This document shows, piece by piece, positions 30,190 to 40,732 of a DNA stretch of 40,915 nucleotides. A program made the position numbers and the translations under genes. The number at the start of each line of letters is the position of its first letter. Within the stretch, counting starts at the first letter, position 1. Location of the stretch: contig JAAYBA010000147.1 of NCBI GenBank assembly GCA_012719085.1, forward strand, positions 1 to 40,915, given 5' to 3'. Below the pieces are notes generated by a model. That model saw only the letters and a program-made list of their open reading frames with translations, made no database searches and was not told where the DNA came from. Source of the DNA: Planctomycetota bacterium. GTDB taxonomy: Bacteria > Planctomycetota > Phycisphaerae > Sedimentisphaerales > Anaerobacaceae.

Positions 30190-33100
30190 TCAGGCCGTCG
30201 CGACCGTTGGTTGCGGTTTGCGCCTGTCAAAGACTTGAGCGATCAGCACATAGAACAACGGCGCGAACAGAAGGACCAGCAGGACGCCCGTGATCATGCC
30301 TCCGAGCACCGTGGTGCCGATGGCATTCATGGCCCCGGCGGCCGCGCCCTTGGTGAAAGCCATGGGCAGCACCGCCAGACCGGTCGTCGTCGAGGTCATG
30401 AGAATCGGACGCAGCCGCAGCTTCACCGCCTGGATCGAAGCCTTGGCCGGCGCCACACCTTGCGCCGCGATGCCCATGGCGAACTGCACGATCAGAATGG
30501 CGTTCTTCGTGGACAGGCCCAGCGTGTTCAGCAGGCCGATCTGAAAATACACATCGCTCGGCAGCCCGCGCAGCGTCGAAGCGATGAAACCGCCGATGAG
30601 CCCCAGAGGCAGGACCAGCATGACCGCCAGGGGGATGCTCCATCGTCCGTACAGAGCCGCCAGAAAGAGAAAGACAATCAAGAGACAGAAGGCATAGAGC
30701 GGGCCGGTCTGAGACGCGGCCTGCCGTTCCTGGTAGGAAATCCCGGTCCAGTCAAAGCCAATCCCCGCAGGCAGCCTGGCGGTAATCTCCTCCATGGCCG
30801 CCATGGCTTCGCCGGAGCTGCGACCCGGCGCCGGCTCGCCCCAGATATTCAGCGAGGGAAAGCCGTTGAAACGCTTCAACGACGGTGACCCGCTGGTCCA
30901 GTGGCTGGAAGCGAACGAAGAGAAAGGAACCATCGCGCCCGCGTTGTTCCGCACGTAGAGCCGTTCCAGATCGTCGGGCAGCATGCGATAGGGAGCATCC
31001 GCCTGGACGTAGACACGTTTCACCCGTCCGCCCTGGATGAAGTCGTTGACGTAGGCACTGCCGAAGGCCGCCGAGATCGTGCTGTGGACAGAGCTGATGG
31101 GCAAAGCCTGTGCCCCCACCTTGCTCCAGTCCACGTCCACGCGATATTCGGGCACATCCTCCATGCCGTTGAAGCGCACGTTGACCAATCGCGGGTCCTG
31201 CGCGGCCATGCCGAGAAGCTGGGTGCGCGCCTGCATCAGGGCCTCGTGGCCGATGCCGCCGCGGTCGACCAACTGGAAATCGAATCCCAAGGCATTTCCC
31301 AATTCCATCACGGCCGGCGGCGGAAAGGCCACGACAACGGCATTGCGAAATGCGGCAAACCGCCCCATGGCCCGACCCGCAATCGCCTTGACCCGCAGAT
31401 GCGCCTTCTTGCGCAGGCTCCAATCCCTCAGTTTGACAAACACCATGCCGTTGTTCTGCCCCCTGCCGGAGAAGCCGATGCCGGTGATGGTCATGCAGGA
31501 TTCCACCGCCTCCTGTTCCTGTTCCCGGAAATAGCGCTGGACTTCATCGGCAACCGCCTGGGTCTGCTCCAGAGTCGCACCGGTGGGCATCATGACCTGG
31601 GCCAGCAGGATTCCCTGGTCTTCGTCCGGCAGGTAACCGGTCGGCATCCGCAGGAACAACCACCCGAGGCCGGCGACGATCACGAGGTACACCACCACAT
31701 ACCGCACCTTCCGCGCCAGGGCGTGACCGAGCAGTCGCACATACCCGTCGCGGAATCGGTTGAAACCCCGGTCGAACCAGAGGAAGAACGGGCGTAGCAG
31801 CCGCCATCCGACTTCGGCCGCCTCATGGCCTTTGCCCACCGGCTTGAGAATCGACGCACACAGCACCGGCGTCAGAATCAGGGCCACAAGCACCGACAGC
31901 ACCATCGAGGTGACCACTGTCACCGAGAACTGGCGGTAGATAATCCCGGTGGAGCCGCCGAAGAACGCCATCGGTCCGAACAATGCCGAAAGCCCCAGGC
32001 AGAAACCGATCAGAGCGCTGGTGACTTCGTCCATACTCTTGGCCGTGGCCTCCTTGGGCGAAAGCCCCTCTTCGCTCATCAAGCGTTCCACATTCTCGAC
32101 CACCACGATCGTGTCGTCCACCAACAAGCCGATGGAGATCACCATGGCGAACATGGTCAGCATGTTGATCGAGAAACCGAACACCCACAGCGCCGCGCAG
32201 GTACCCAGGAGCACCACCGGCACCGAGATCGTCGGAATCAGCGTGGCCCGGATGTTGCCCATGAACAGCCACATGACCAGGAACACGAGCAGGATGGCCT
32301 GAAACAGGGACTTGACCGCCTCGCCGATGGCCACCCGGACAAACGGAGTGGTGTCGTAGGGATATACGACTCTCATCCCCGTCGGAAAGTAGCGGCTCAT
32401 CTCCTCCATCTTGCTCTTGATGGCATCCGCCGTGGCCAGCGCGTTGGCACCGGGCGCCTGACGGACAGCCAGAGCCGCCATCGGTTTGCCGTTGTAACGA
32501 CCCTCAATATCGTAGACCTCCGTCCCCAGCTCGGTTCTTCCGACATCCTTGACCCGCACCATAGAGCCGTCCGGATTGGTCCGCAGAGGAATGGCGGCAA
32601 ACTCGTCCGGCGTCTGCAGGAGGTTCTGGACGATGATGGAGGCATTCAGACGCTGGCCTTCCACCGCCGGAATCCCTCCAAACTGACCGGCGGAGACTTC
32701 CACGTTGTAGCTCTGTAACGCCGCAACCACCTCCGCCACCGTCAGGTGGTACTCCGTAAGCTTGTCGGGGTTCAGCCAGATGCGCATGGCGTACCCCGAA
32801 CCGAACGCTTCCACCTCGCCGACGCCGGGTACGCGGGCCAGGACCTTCTCGATACTGGATACGGCGTAGTCCTGGAGGTCGTGATTGGTCATGCCGCCGT
32901 CTTCGGAAACGAGCCCGACGATGATCAGATAGTTCCGAGTGGATTTGCTGACCTTGACGCCGGTGCGTTGGACCATTTCCGGCAGACTGGTCATGGCCAG
33001 TTGGAGCTTGTTCTGGACCTTGGCCCAGGCCAGATCGGGATCCGTTCCGGGTTTGAAGGTCAATTCGATGCGCGAGGACCCGGAGGAGTCGCTGCTGCCG

Positions 33101-33339
33101 GACAGATAGAGCATGTCGTCGAAGCCGGTCATCTTCTGTTCGATGATCTGCGTGACGCTGTTCTCCACCGTCTGCGCCGAGGCCCCGGGATAGAAGGCTT
33201 CAATAGCGATGGCCGGTGGAGCGATCGGGGGATACTGCGAGATCGGCAGGTTATAGATGGCCAGCCCGCCGAGCAGCATGAAGAAGATGGCGACGACCCA
33301 GGCGAAGACGGGCCGGTCCAGAAAGAATCTCGATAGCAT
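30190..33339 (-). CDS. RND efflux permease (AcrB/MexB type, HAE1)
   Basis: FFLDRPVFAWV, LPISQYP, GLLVDDTIVVVENVER, GLSTKNAILIV, RLRPILMTS. Confidence 0.95.
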   Translation of the reverse strand: MLSRFFLDRPVFAWVVAIFFMLLGGLAIYNLPISQYPPIAPPAIAIEAFYPGASAQTVENSVTQIIEQKMTGFDDMLYLSGSSDSSGSSRIELTFKPGTDPDLAWAKVQNKLQLAMTSLPEMVQRTGVKVSKSTRNYLIIVGLVSEDGGMTNHDLQDYAVSSIEKVLARVPGVGEVEAFGSGYAMRIWLNPDKLTEYHLTVAEVVAALQSYNVEVSAGQFGGIPAVEGQRLNASIIVQNLLQTPDEFAAIPLRTNPDGSMVRVKDVGRTELGTEVYDIEGRYNGKPMAALAVRQAPGANALATADAIKSKMEEMSRYFPTGMRVVYPYDTTPFVRVAIGEAVKSLFQAILLVFLVMWLFMGNIRATLIPTISVPVVLLGTCAALWVFGFSINMLTMFAMVISIGLLVDDTIVVVENVERLMSEEGLSPKEATAKSMDEVTSALIGFCLGLSALFGPMAFFGGSTGIIYRQFSVTVVTSMVLSVLVALILTPVLCASILKPVGKGHEAAEVGWRLLRPFFLWFDRGFNRFRDGYVRLLGHALARKVRYVVVYLVIVAGLGWLFLRMPTGYLPDEDQGILLAQVMMPTGATLEQTQAVADEVQRYFREQEQEAVESCMTITGIGFSGRGQNNGMVFVKLRDWSLRKKAHLRVKAIAGRAMGRFAAFRNAVVVAFPPPAVMELGNALGFDFQLVDRGGIGHEALMQARTQLLGMAAQDPRLVNVRFNGMEDVPEYRVDVDWSKVGAQALPISSVHSTISAAFGSAYVNDFIQGGRVKRVYVQADAPYRMLPDDLERLYVRNNAGAMVPFSSFASSHWTSGSPSLKRFNGFPSLNIWGEPAPGRSSGEAMAAMEEITARLPAGIGFDWTGISYQERQAASQTGPLYAFCLLIVFLFLAALYGRWSIPLAVMLVLPLGLIGGFIASTLRGLPSDVYFQIGLLNTLGLSTKNAILIVQFAMGIAAQGVAPAKASIQAVKLRLRPILMTSTTTGLAVLPMAFTKGAAAGAMNAIGTTVLGGMITGVLLVLLFAPLFYVLIAQVFDRRKPQPTVATA

Positions 33340-33351
33340 GTTGTGTCTCCG

Positions 33352-34686
33352 TTAGTTCGATTTCGGGGCCGGGCGGGCAGGACTCTCCGAGGACGCTTTG
33401 CCCTTCTCTGCGGCGACCAAGGGGACCGCATTGACCTGCGCGCCGGGCCGCACGCGCAACAGCCCTTCCGTGATCACCCGATCCCCGGACACCAGTCCGC
33501 TGGTGACAAGCCACCGATCGCCGATGGCGCGGTCCAGAGCAAGCATCCGCTGTTCGACCTTCTGATCGGGCCCCACGACCAGCGCGACCGGATCGCCCTT
33601 GGCATTCCGCGAAACCGCTTGCTGCGGAATCAAGATCGCCTGACGGTTGACGCCTTCCTGGATCTCGGCGCGGACAAACATGCCCGGCAGAAGAATGCCC
33701 TGCGGATTCGGGAAGACGATCCGCAGGATGAACGACCCGGTCGTTGGCTCCACCGTGACATCGCGAAACTGAAGAGTCCCCTCCAGAGGATATGGCATAC
33801 CTTCTTCCAGGATGAGCCGGACCTTGTTCTGGTCCGCTCCATTCGAATTGAGCCGGCCGTCGGCCGTCCGACGCTGCAGACGAAGCAACTCCGTTGTGGA
33901 TTGGGGGACATCCACGTAGATCGGGTCGAGGGTCTGGATCGTCGCCAGGGGGACCGCTTGGTAGGCCATGACAATCGCGCCGTCGGTCACGCTGGATCGT
34001 CCGATGCGTCCGGCGATCGGAGCCGTAACCTTGGTATAATCGAGATTGATGCGCGCCACATCCAGTGCCGCCTGGGCCTGCTGAACGGCGGCTTCGGCTG
34101 CCGCAATCGCCGTGCGGTCGCTTTCGACCTGCGCTTCGGCCGCCAGCAGGGCGGCTTCGGCCGTCGCCGCCTCCGTCACGGCCCGGTCCCGGTCGCTGGC
34201 GGAAACGGCCTTGTCTGCAAACAGGTCTTCGAACCGCTGTCGGTTTGTGCGTGCGAAGGCCGCCATGGCCTGCCGCGTGGTAACGCCGGCAATGCTGACA
34301 TTCAAGGCCGCTCTCGCCCGATCCACGGCTTTCCGTGCGGCCTCGAGATTGGCCAGCGCATTGTCGACCGCTGCCTGAAACGGGGCCGGCTCGATCTGGT
34401 ACAACACCTGACCGGCTTCGACATCGGAGCCTTCCTTGAACAGTCGCTTCTGGATGAGCCCGCTGACCTGCGGCCGGATTTCCGCGATGAGGTAGGGAGT
34501 CGTCCGTCCGGGCAACTCCGTAGTCAACGTGATCTGTTGCGGTTGGACCGTCACAACAGCCACCTCGGGGACAGGGGGAGCGGCGGCGGTTTCTTCCTTT
34601 CGGCTGCACCCCCCCGGCAATAGGCCACCGAACAGGATGGTCGCAATCAGGACCGGTCGAACCATAGCTCGTGCACGCAATTGCAT
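33352..34686 (-). CDS. Efflux periplasmic adaptor (AcrA/MexA type) lipoprotein
   Basis: GGAGG SD; LPGGCS lipobox-like; ELPGRT, AEIRPQVSG, FKEGSDVEAGQVLYQI, LLPGMFVRA. Confidence 0.92.
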   Translation of the reverse strand: MQLRARAMVRPVLIATILFGGLLPGGCSRKEETAAAPPVPEVAVVTVQPQQITLTTELPGRTTPYLIAEIRPQVSGLIQKRLFKEGSDVEAGQVLYQIEPAPFQAAVDNALANLEAARKAVDRARAALNVSIAGVTTRQAMAAFARTNRQRFEDLFADKAVSASDRDRAVTEAATAEAALLAAEAQVESDRTAIAAAEAAVQQAQAALDVARINLDYTKVTAPIAGRIGRSSVTDGAIVMAYQAVPLATIQTLDPIYVDVPQSTTELLRLQRRTADGRLNSNGADQNKVRLILEEGMPYPLEGTLQFRDVTVEPTTGSFILRIVFPNPQGILLPGMFVRAEIQEGVNRQAILIPQQAVSRNAKGDPVALVVGPDQKVEQRMLALDRAIGDRWLVTSGLVSGDRVITEGLLRVRPGAQVNAVPLVAAEKGKASSESPARPAPKSN

Positions 34687-34732
34687 TCGAAACCTCCAAT
34701 GGTAAATAGAGATGCCCTGAACGGGCGAATAT

Positions 34733-35410
34733 TCAGCTTCGTCCCCTATCCGAAGCGGCTCCGGCAGACGCCGCCCGATTCCATGCGTCATGCAGAATCC
34801 CTCGGAAGAACAACTCCTCGATGTCGGTGACCTTCTGCTCCAGCGAAGTCTCATCTGTATCCTCGGCCACGGAGAATACGATCGCACGCAATGCGGCATC
34901 CAGGGCCAGCGAAACCACGCGCGGATCGAGGGCCCGAAACGTTCCTTTGCGGACGCCGGCGGCGTAGACCTGCCTGAGCTTCGTCTGCAACGTGTCATGA
35001 ACCTCGACCGCCGTTTCACTAAAATGGGCTGTGCCGATATTGGCCAACGGTCCCTGATTGGCCCGGAGAAACAGACGGATCGCCGCCGAGTTCTCGCGAA
35101 AGACGAGAATGCTCGCTCGGATGAAGCCGGCGAGCTTCTCCTGCTCGTCCGCATTGCTTTCCAGGATCGGCCTCACAAGCGACAGAACATTGTTGGCCAC
35201 CTCATCCATGATTTCGCGGTACAGCGCCTCTTTGCTGTCGAAAAAATTGTAGATCGTTCCGATGGCGAACTCGGCCTCGGCCGCGATCTCCTGCATCGAG
35301 ACGTTGTGGAAGCCCTTCTCGGCGAAGAGCTTCATCGCCACGTCCACGATCTCGGTCCTATGCCGCTGACGTTCTCGCTGTCTCCGCGAAGCCTTCGTCT
35401 TCTCGGCCAT
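34733..35410 (-). CDS. TetR/AcrR family regulator
   Basis: IVDVAMKLFAEKGFHNVSMQEIAAEAEFAIGTIYNFFDSKEALY. Confidence 0.93.
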   Translation of the reverse strand: MAEKTKASRRQRERQRHRTEIVDVAMKLFAEKGFHNVSMQEIAAEAEFAIGTIYNFFDSKEALYREIMDEVANNVLSLVRPILESNADEQEKLAGFIRASILVFRENSAAIRLFLRANQGPLANIGTAHFSETAVEVHDTLQTKLRQVYAAGVRKGTFRALDPRVVSLALDAALRAIVFSVAEDTDETSLEQKVTDIEELFFRGILHDAWNRAASAGAASDRGRS

Positions 35411-35427
35411 GACCTACTCCCACAAAG

Positions 35428-35482
35428 ATGAATATGTAGTCATACGGACATCCACATACTCATATTATGAATTCATATTCAT
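35428..35482. promoter_or_regulatory. Two TetR-type palindromic operators overlapping the efflux-operon promoter
   Basis: ATGAAT-N4-AGTCAT (35428-35443) and ATGAAT-N4-ATTCAT (35467-35482); minus-strand TTGCGT-16-CATAAT overlaps the second. Confidence 0.65.
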
Positions 35483-35701
35483 TTCACGCAAGACAATTTC
35501 ACACAAACCCCCTCTTTCTACGCCGTAGGCATTTTCATAACAAACACTTACGACGCATTGAATTTCGTTATGCCGGCATGGATATTCGGCTCGTGGCGGC
35601 TTTTTCTGCTTGATGGGAATCGGCCGACCGTTACAATGGCGGGGTATGGGTCTAGCCGCCGGGTATACTTACCGGGGACCGGCCTTCACAGAACGCAGCA
35701 C

Positions 35702-35788
35702 GGAGAGGTGTCGGAGTGGCTGATCGAGCTGGTTTCGAAAACCAGTGTGCCGTTTACGGTACCGCGGGTTCGAATCCCGCCCTCTCCG
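35702..35788 (+). tRNA. tRNA-Ser (anticodon CGA), CCA not encoded
   Basis: Acceptor GGAGAGG/CCTCTCC+G; anticodon arm CTGGT-TTCGAAA-ACCAG; long variable arm; T-loop GGTTCGAATCC. Confidence 0.97.
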
Positions 35789-37148
35789 TTTTCTGATCTT
35801 GAAACGCAGGCTGGAAAGGACGAGTCGTCTCGTCTGCGTATAAGGCGTCTTCCCAAAGGCCGGCAGGTTCGGCGGGCACATGTCCATCGGCGGCCCAGCA
35901 ATCCAGAAACGCCTCTCCGATCGCGCTTCGGTCGCTGTCGATGTCGCCTTCGAGCCATGCCTCCACGCCGTGCTCGGGACCGAACAGGCTGACCCCGACA
36001 CGGTTGCCGTCGAGCAGACCGAACCAATCGACCTCCAGGACATCTCCATCCGCGAGCGTCAGGCGGCCTCGATGGCCCTCGAAGCGGACCCCGTCGAAGA
36101 CGAGTACAAGCTCCCCGATGGGGGCTGAACCGCTGTCCCGGACATCATAGGCTCGCCTCAAGAAGAGTCCGTCAAGGCTCGTCATGTCCCATTGGAGTGC
36201 CTCACGCAGGCTCATCAACACATGCACGTACACCTCCAGATGCGGCTGGGCGCTCGGCTCGATGTACGTCAGCTCATTGGCCTGCGGGTCTGTCCCTTCA
36301 GGACCGTTTTCCAAAGCAACGTACTCAATCGCATCGATCCAGCAGTTGATTGCGTCAAGCCAGTCCTGCCGGGCATATGCGAACGCCGCTGCATTATCGA
36401 ACAGGTGGTCTTCGGCTGCCGCGGCCATAAGGCGCCGGACCTCTGCAAGCAACAGGCCCGCCCCGGCTGGAGCGTCGTCGAAATCAAACGGACCGACGGT
36501 CTCCCTGTAGACGTAAGGCTCGCTCGTACCGGCGACCTGCATCGTCAACATGCCCCGATACGCCAGGAGCAGGCCTTTGAGAATCACCACGTCCCCGTAG
36601 TCGATCTCAAGCCCGCCCGTCACGCCCGTCTCCTCAGCACGCATGACAATCGCAAACGCTCCAGCCGTCTGGTCAATCGAATCCAGCTCGGAAAGGATCG
36701 ACGCAAACTGCGGCAGGATCGACTCGGCAAGCACCCGGCGAACATGGTCCGGGTCGTGTTCAGGAGGCAGCAGACACGGGCCGATCTGCCGGCACGACGC
36801 TCCGGCACCGAGACCCTCGAAAACACCCGGCACCAGCGCGACCCCGCACCCTTCGGCCAACTCGAGCAGATCGCGGGAAACCAGGACGTCGTTGTGATCG
36901 ATGAACAGCATCGCCACTTGCGCGACAGCTCGCAGGAAGACCAATTCGCAGTTGCCCCGGCAATCGGGACAGTCACCGTCATCGATCGCGGCGTCGAAGA
37001 TCTCATAGGCCTGCCGCACACCGGTTGCTGTCCCCTGGCTCAGATGCATGCGACCGGCCAGAGCATAGTCCTCCGCCGACAGGCCGGATGCCGTCCCGGC
37101 AAGCCCGCAACATGTCAAAACGATCCAGGCTGCAACCCGTTTGCCCAT
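35754..37148 (-). CDS. Hypothetical secreted protein; 3' end overlaps the tRNA
   Basis: 464-aa ORF with signal peptide MGKRVAAWIVLTCCGLAGTASG; acidic; no recognised family. Confidence 0.65.
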   Translation of the reverse strand: MGKRVAAWIVLTCCGLAGTASGLSAEDYALAGRMHLSQGTATGVRQAYEIFDAAIDDGDCPDCRGNCELVFLRAVAQVAMLFIDHNDVLVSRDLLELAEGCGVALVPGVFEGLGAGASCRQIGPCLLPPEHDPDHVRRVLAESILPQFASILSELDSIDQTAGAFAIVMRAEETGVTGGLEIDYGDVVILKGLLLAYRGMLTMQVAGTSEPYVYRETVGPFDFDDAPAGAGLLLAEVRRLMAAAAEDHLFDNAAAFAYARQDWLDAINCWIDAIEYVALENGPEGTDPQANELTYIEPSAQPHLEVYVHVLMSLREALQWDMTSLDGLFLRRAYDVRDSGSAPIGELVLVFDGVRFEGHRGRLTLADGDVLEVDWFGLLDGNRVGVSLFGPEHGVEAWLEGDIDSDRSAIGEAFLDCWAADGHVPAEPAGLWEDALYADETTRPFQPAFQDQKTERAGFEPAVP

Positions 37149-37969
37149 CCCTGATCCCCTTCTCTATCCGATGAACCTACGCCAGCGGGCCTCAGTGTGG
37201 CACGGAAGCGTCCTCCCCGCCCCATGCGTGTGGCCCCGCCGTACCGCAACGTGTAACGCCCGGGCGCGTAGATCGACTCGTTCGATACATCGATTTCGAT
37301 GCAGTTGCTCTCAAGGACCGCCTGCGACATCGTTAGCGTGACGCGGCCCCGCAGTACCATGCGGGACCAGTCGCTCCGCAGCACGGCATGCTGAGACCGA
37401 ACGTGAAAGACGGTGCAATCGTCCCGCCGGACCCGCCAATCCAGGCCTCTGACCCGGACTTCCCCGGTGTTCGACATATCCACCGGCATCGACCAGTCTG
37501 TATTCTGCTTCTGCAGCTCGTCGAACAAACCAAGTGAACCGGCGTCTCCGTGGCCATCCCGTCGCGGCGCAAAGAGCCCGTGGAAGTCCCGCAGCCCGGC
37601 GTCCGCTCCATTGCCCTGTGAGAAAAACGTAGCCTGGAGGTTGTCGAGATACACGATCCTGGACGAAGCGGTTTTGAAGACGCCGAGATTGCCGTTCTCG
37701 ACGCGGAGATTGTCGAAGACAACCTTGTAGGCCGGCCGAGCCTCCGGAGACGGCCCCCTTTGCCATACCGTCAGCGCGCCGGTTTGATCGCTTGTTGAGG
37801 CAGGAAGGTCCGCTTTCAACGCGGCCGGACCGTCCTGCAATCGTCCCGACAAGACCGTATAGAAGGCGAACAGGATGACGCCCGCCAACCAGAATAGTCC
37901 AAGCCTGACCAGGTTTCGCCGGCTCAGACAGTCCGAGAATGTGCTATCGATAATTGCCTTCCAGTCCAT
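37115..37969 (-). CDS. Hypothetical single-TM protein, C-terminus loosely LptC/OstA-like
   Basis: N-terminal TM LGLFWLAGVILFAFYTVL; beta-rich tail MVLRGRVTL..LESNCIEID..IYAPGRYTL. Confidence 0.55.
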   Translation of the reverse strand: MDWKAIIDSTFSDCLSRRNLVRLGLFWLAGVILFAFYTVLSGRLQDGPAALKADLPASTSDQTGALTVWQRGPSPEARPAYKVVFDNLRVENGNLGVFKTASSRIVYLDNLQATFFSQGNGADAGLRDFHGLFAPRRDGHGDAGSLGLFDELQKQNTDWSMPVDMSNTGEVRVRGLDWRVRRDDCTVFHVRSQHAVLRSDWSRMVLRGRVTLTMSQAVLESNCIEIDVSNESIYAPGRYTLRYGGATRMGRGGRFRATLRPAGVGSSDREGDQGWANGLQPGSF

Positions 37970-38340
37970 TCTACCTGCTCTCACGTCCTTCCGAGCCGAG
38001 CCGGACCCAAGAGGACCATATGATCTTAAATCCATTCAAGAAAAGAGCTTATGCCCAGACTGCGGCAAACTGACGTCCAATCCGGTTCTACCGTCTGTAT
38101 CGGCAATTCGGGTTGTATCAAAGTAGTGAATCTGGCGAATCTGCGTAATATAGCATAATACAATTCGACTTGAGTTGCCGGCAGCACCCCGCAGGAATGT
38201 GGTCTGCACATGGCGGCCTTGACATAGACCCTTGGCAGGTCTATGCTTGCGCGATCGGCCGCCGCAATCGCTTCCGAAGGAAGTTCCGACGGTCGATCGA
38301 GCGCAGCCGCACAACAGAGTGATTGGGCCGTCCTGCAAAG

Positions 38341-39645
38341 ATGCCAGAGACCTTCACAGCCGCATGCCGGAAACACCGGACGATCCTCACGAACTTCTTT
38401 TCGCTGTCCGTCCTCCAGTTCGCGACGTATCTGGCGCCGCTGATCACGTTGCCATATCTCGTCCGCATCCTCGGCCCGTCCCGATTCGGCCTGGTGGAGC
38501 TGGCCCGGGCCATCAGTATGTACTTCATCCTCGTCACAGATTACGGCTTCGACCTGTCCGCCACACAGGAGATCTCCGTGCACCGGGACAATCCACGGAA
38601 GCTCTCGGAAATCTTCTCGGCGGTTTTGCTGCTGAAGCTGTTCTTGACCGTGCTAAGCTTCGTCGCCCTGGCGGCGGGGGTCCTGGCGGTGCCCAAACTG
38701 CGGGGCGACTGGCCCGTCTACCTGCTGGCGTTTGGGACCGTCGTGGGGCAGAGCCTGTTCCCGGTCTGGCTGTTCCAGGGCCTCGAACGGATGAAGTACA
38801 CCGCCGTTCTGACCATCCTCTCGAAGCTGGCCGTCGTGGTGGCGATCTTCGCGTTCATCCGGCAAGGCAGCGACTACATCTACGTCCCCGTGGTGTACTC
38901 GGGGGGGACCATCGCGATGGGCGTGGCCGGACTGCTCGTGGCCCTCTGGGTATTCCCCGTCCGGCTCATCCTGCCTTCGAGAGCCGTCCTGAAACGGGAA
39001 CTTGTCGACGGCTGGCACCTGTTCGTCTCGAGGATGTCGGTCAGCCTCTACACCACAAGCAACACTGTCATCCTCGGCCTGTTCGCAAGCAATACCGTCG
39101 TCGCATACTACGTCGCGGGAGAGAAGATTGTCCGGGCGATCCAGGGCCTTCAATTTCCCCTGGCGCAAGCCGTGTTTCCGCACATTGGCAGGCTGGCAGC
39201 CGAGTCGAAGACGGCGGCGCTGGCCTTCGCCTCTCGCATGACTCGCATCGTGGGCGCCGTCACGCTGGTCATGTCGGCGGGCCTGTTTCTGGCAGCCGGA
39301 CCGCTGACCCGAGTCGTCCTGGGCGAGCAGTTCGGCGACAGTGTGCTCGTGGTGCGCATCCTGTCCCTGCTGCCGTTCCTCGGCAATCTGAGCCATATCC
39401 TCAGCATACAGGTGATGGTCAACTTCGGACTGAAGAGGACCCTGACCAGGATTCTCGCGATGGCAGGCGTCGCCAACATCGTTCTGGTCTTCGCGCTGGT
39501 CGGTCTGTGGCAGCACATCGGCGTCTGCATTGCCGTGCTGCTGACGGAGGCGGGGATCACGGCGGCGATGTACGTGGCCCTGCGGCGAAGGGGACTGGAT
39601 GTGTTCCGGCGTTATCCGACCAGGGAGGCCGAGGATGGTGTATGA
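38341..39645 (+). CDS. wzx: Wzx/RfbX-type polysaccharide flippase
   Basis: NFFSLSVLQ..YLAPLITLPYLVRILG..FG, TDYGFDLSAT, FPVWLFQGLERM, LYTTSNTVILG. Confidence 0.9.
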   Translation: MPETFTAACRKHRTILTNFFSLSVLQFATYLAPLITLPYLVRILGPSRFGLVELARAISMYFILVTDYGFDLSATQEISVHRDNPRKLSEIFSAVLLLKLFLTVLSFVALAAGVLAVPKLRGDWPVYLLAFGTVVGQSLFPVWLFQGLERMKYTAVLTILSKLAVVVAIFAFIRQGSDYIYVPVVYSGGTIAMGVAGLLVALWVFPVRLILPSRAVLKRELVDGWHLFVSRMSVSLYTTSNTVILGLFASNTVVAYYVAGEKIVRAIQGLQFPLAQAVFPHIGRLAAESKTAALAFASRMTRIVGAVTLVMSAGLFLAAGPLTRVVLGEQFGDSVLVVRILSLLPFLGNLSHILSIQVMVNFGLKRTLTRILAMAGVANIVLVFALVGLWQHIGVCIAVLLTEAGITAAMYVALRRRGLDVFRRYPTREAEDGV

Positions 39646-40732
39646 CTGCCTCATCGTCGGTGCGGGCTGGGCCGGGTGCGTCCTGGCGGAGCGGCTGGCC
39701 AACGAACTCAATCAGAAGGTGCTGCTCGTCGAACGCCGCGCCCATATCGCAGGCAACGCGTACGATGGCCTGGACGAGCACGGGATCATCGTTCAGAGGT
39801 ATGGCCCGCACATCTTTCACACGTCGGCCAGACACATCTGGGACTATGTCGGCCGGTTCACATCGTGGAACGGCTACGTCCATCGCGTTCTGGCGCAGTT
39901 GACAGACAAGGCCGTCTCTCTGCCGATCAATCTGGACACGATGGAGCGACTCTACGACCGCCCGTTCACGACCGAGCAGTTTCGCCACTTCCTTGAACAG
40001 CGCCGCATGCCGGTCGAGATGATCGCCAATGCCCGGGACGTGGTGATCTCGCAGGTCGGTTCGGAGCTGTACGAGCTGTTCTACAGAAACTACACGAAGA
40101 AACAGTGGGGGCTCAGCCCTGAGGAACTGGCGCCCGAAGTCACCCGGCGACTGCCCGTTCGGTTCGACAGGGACACGCGGTATTTCGATGATCCCTACCA
40201 AGGCGTCCCGGAAGACGGTTTCACTTGCCTGTTCGAGCGCATGATCGATTCGCCCAATATCACGCTCCGGCTGCGCACGGACTATCGATCGGTTGCCGGG
40301 TCCGAGCGGTTCGGCCGGCTTATCTACACGGGCCCCATCGACGAGTACTTCGATTGCGCCTACGGCCGACTTCCATATCGGAGCGTCACGTTTCGCTTCA
40401 AGACCTTGAACATGGAGCGCTTTCAGGAGGCGGGGGTCATCAACTATCCGGGCGAACAGGACTACACTCGAATCACCGAATTCAAGCACCTGACGCTGCA
40501 GAAGCATCCGAAGACGACGATCTGCTATGAGTATGGGGCGGCGGAGGGCCCTCCATGCTACCCCGTCCCGACCGAGGCCAATCGGAGACTGTACGAACGG
40601 TACAGGGCCAGGGCCGAGGCGCTGGAGGGCGTTCACTTCGTCGGCCGGCTGGCCCAGTACGAATACCTGAACATGGATCAAGTCGTCGATCGCGCTCTGG
40701 CCGTGTTCGAGGAGATCCGGACCCGTGGCTGA
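39635..40732 (+). CDS. glf: UDP-galactopyranose mutase
   Basis: YDCLIVGAGWAG, HIAGNAYD, YGPHIFHT, YTKKQWG, RLPYRS, TRITEFKH, GRLAQYEYLNMDQV. Confidence 0.95.
   Translation: MVYDCLIVGAGWAGCVLAERLANELNQKVLLVERRAHIAGNAYDGLDEHGIIVQRYGPHIFHTSARHIWDYVGRFTSWNGYVHRVLAQLTDKAVSLPINLDTMERLYDRPFTTEQFRHFLEQRRMPVEMIANARDVVISQVGSELYELFYRNYTKKQWGLSPEELAPEVTRRLPVRFDRDTRYFDDPYQGVPEDGFTCLFERMIDSPNITLRLRTDYRSVAGSERFGRLIYTGPIDEYFDCAYGRLPYRSVTFRFKTLNMERFQEAGVINYPGEQDYTRITEFKHLTLQKHPKTTICYEYGAAEGPPCYPVPTEANRRLYERYRARAEALEGVHFVGRLAQYEYLNMDQVVDRALAVFEEIRTRG

Noticed and set aside
34687-35154. N-terminal extension of the AcrA-like ORF
   Set aside because: Overlaps tetR in another frame; real start at 34686 has GGAGG and a lipoprotein signal
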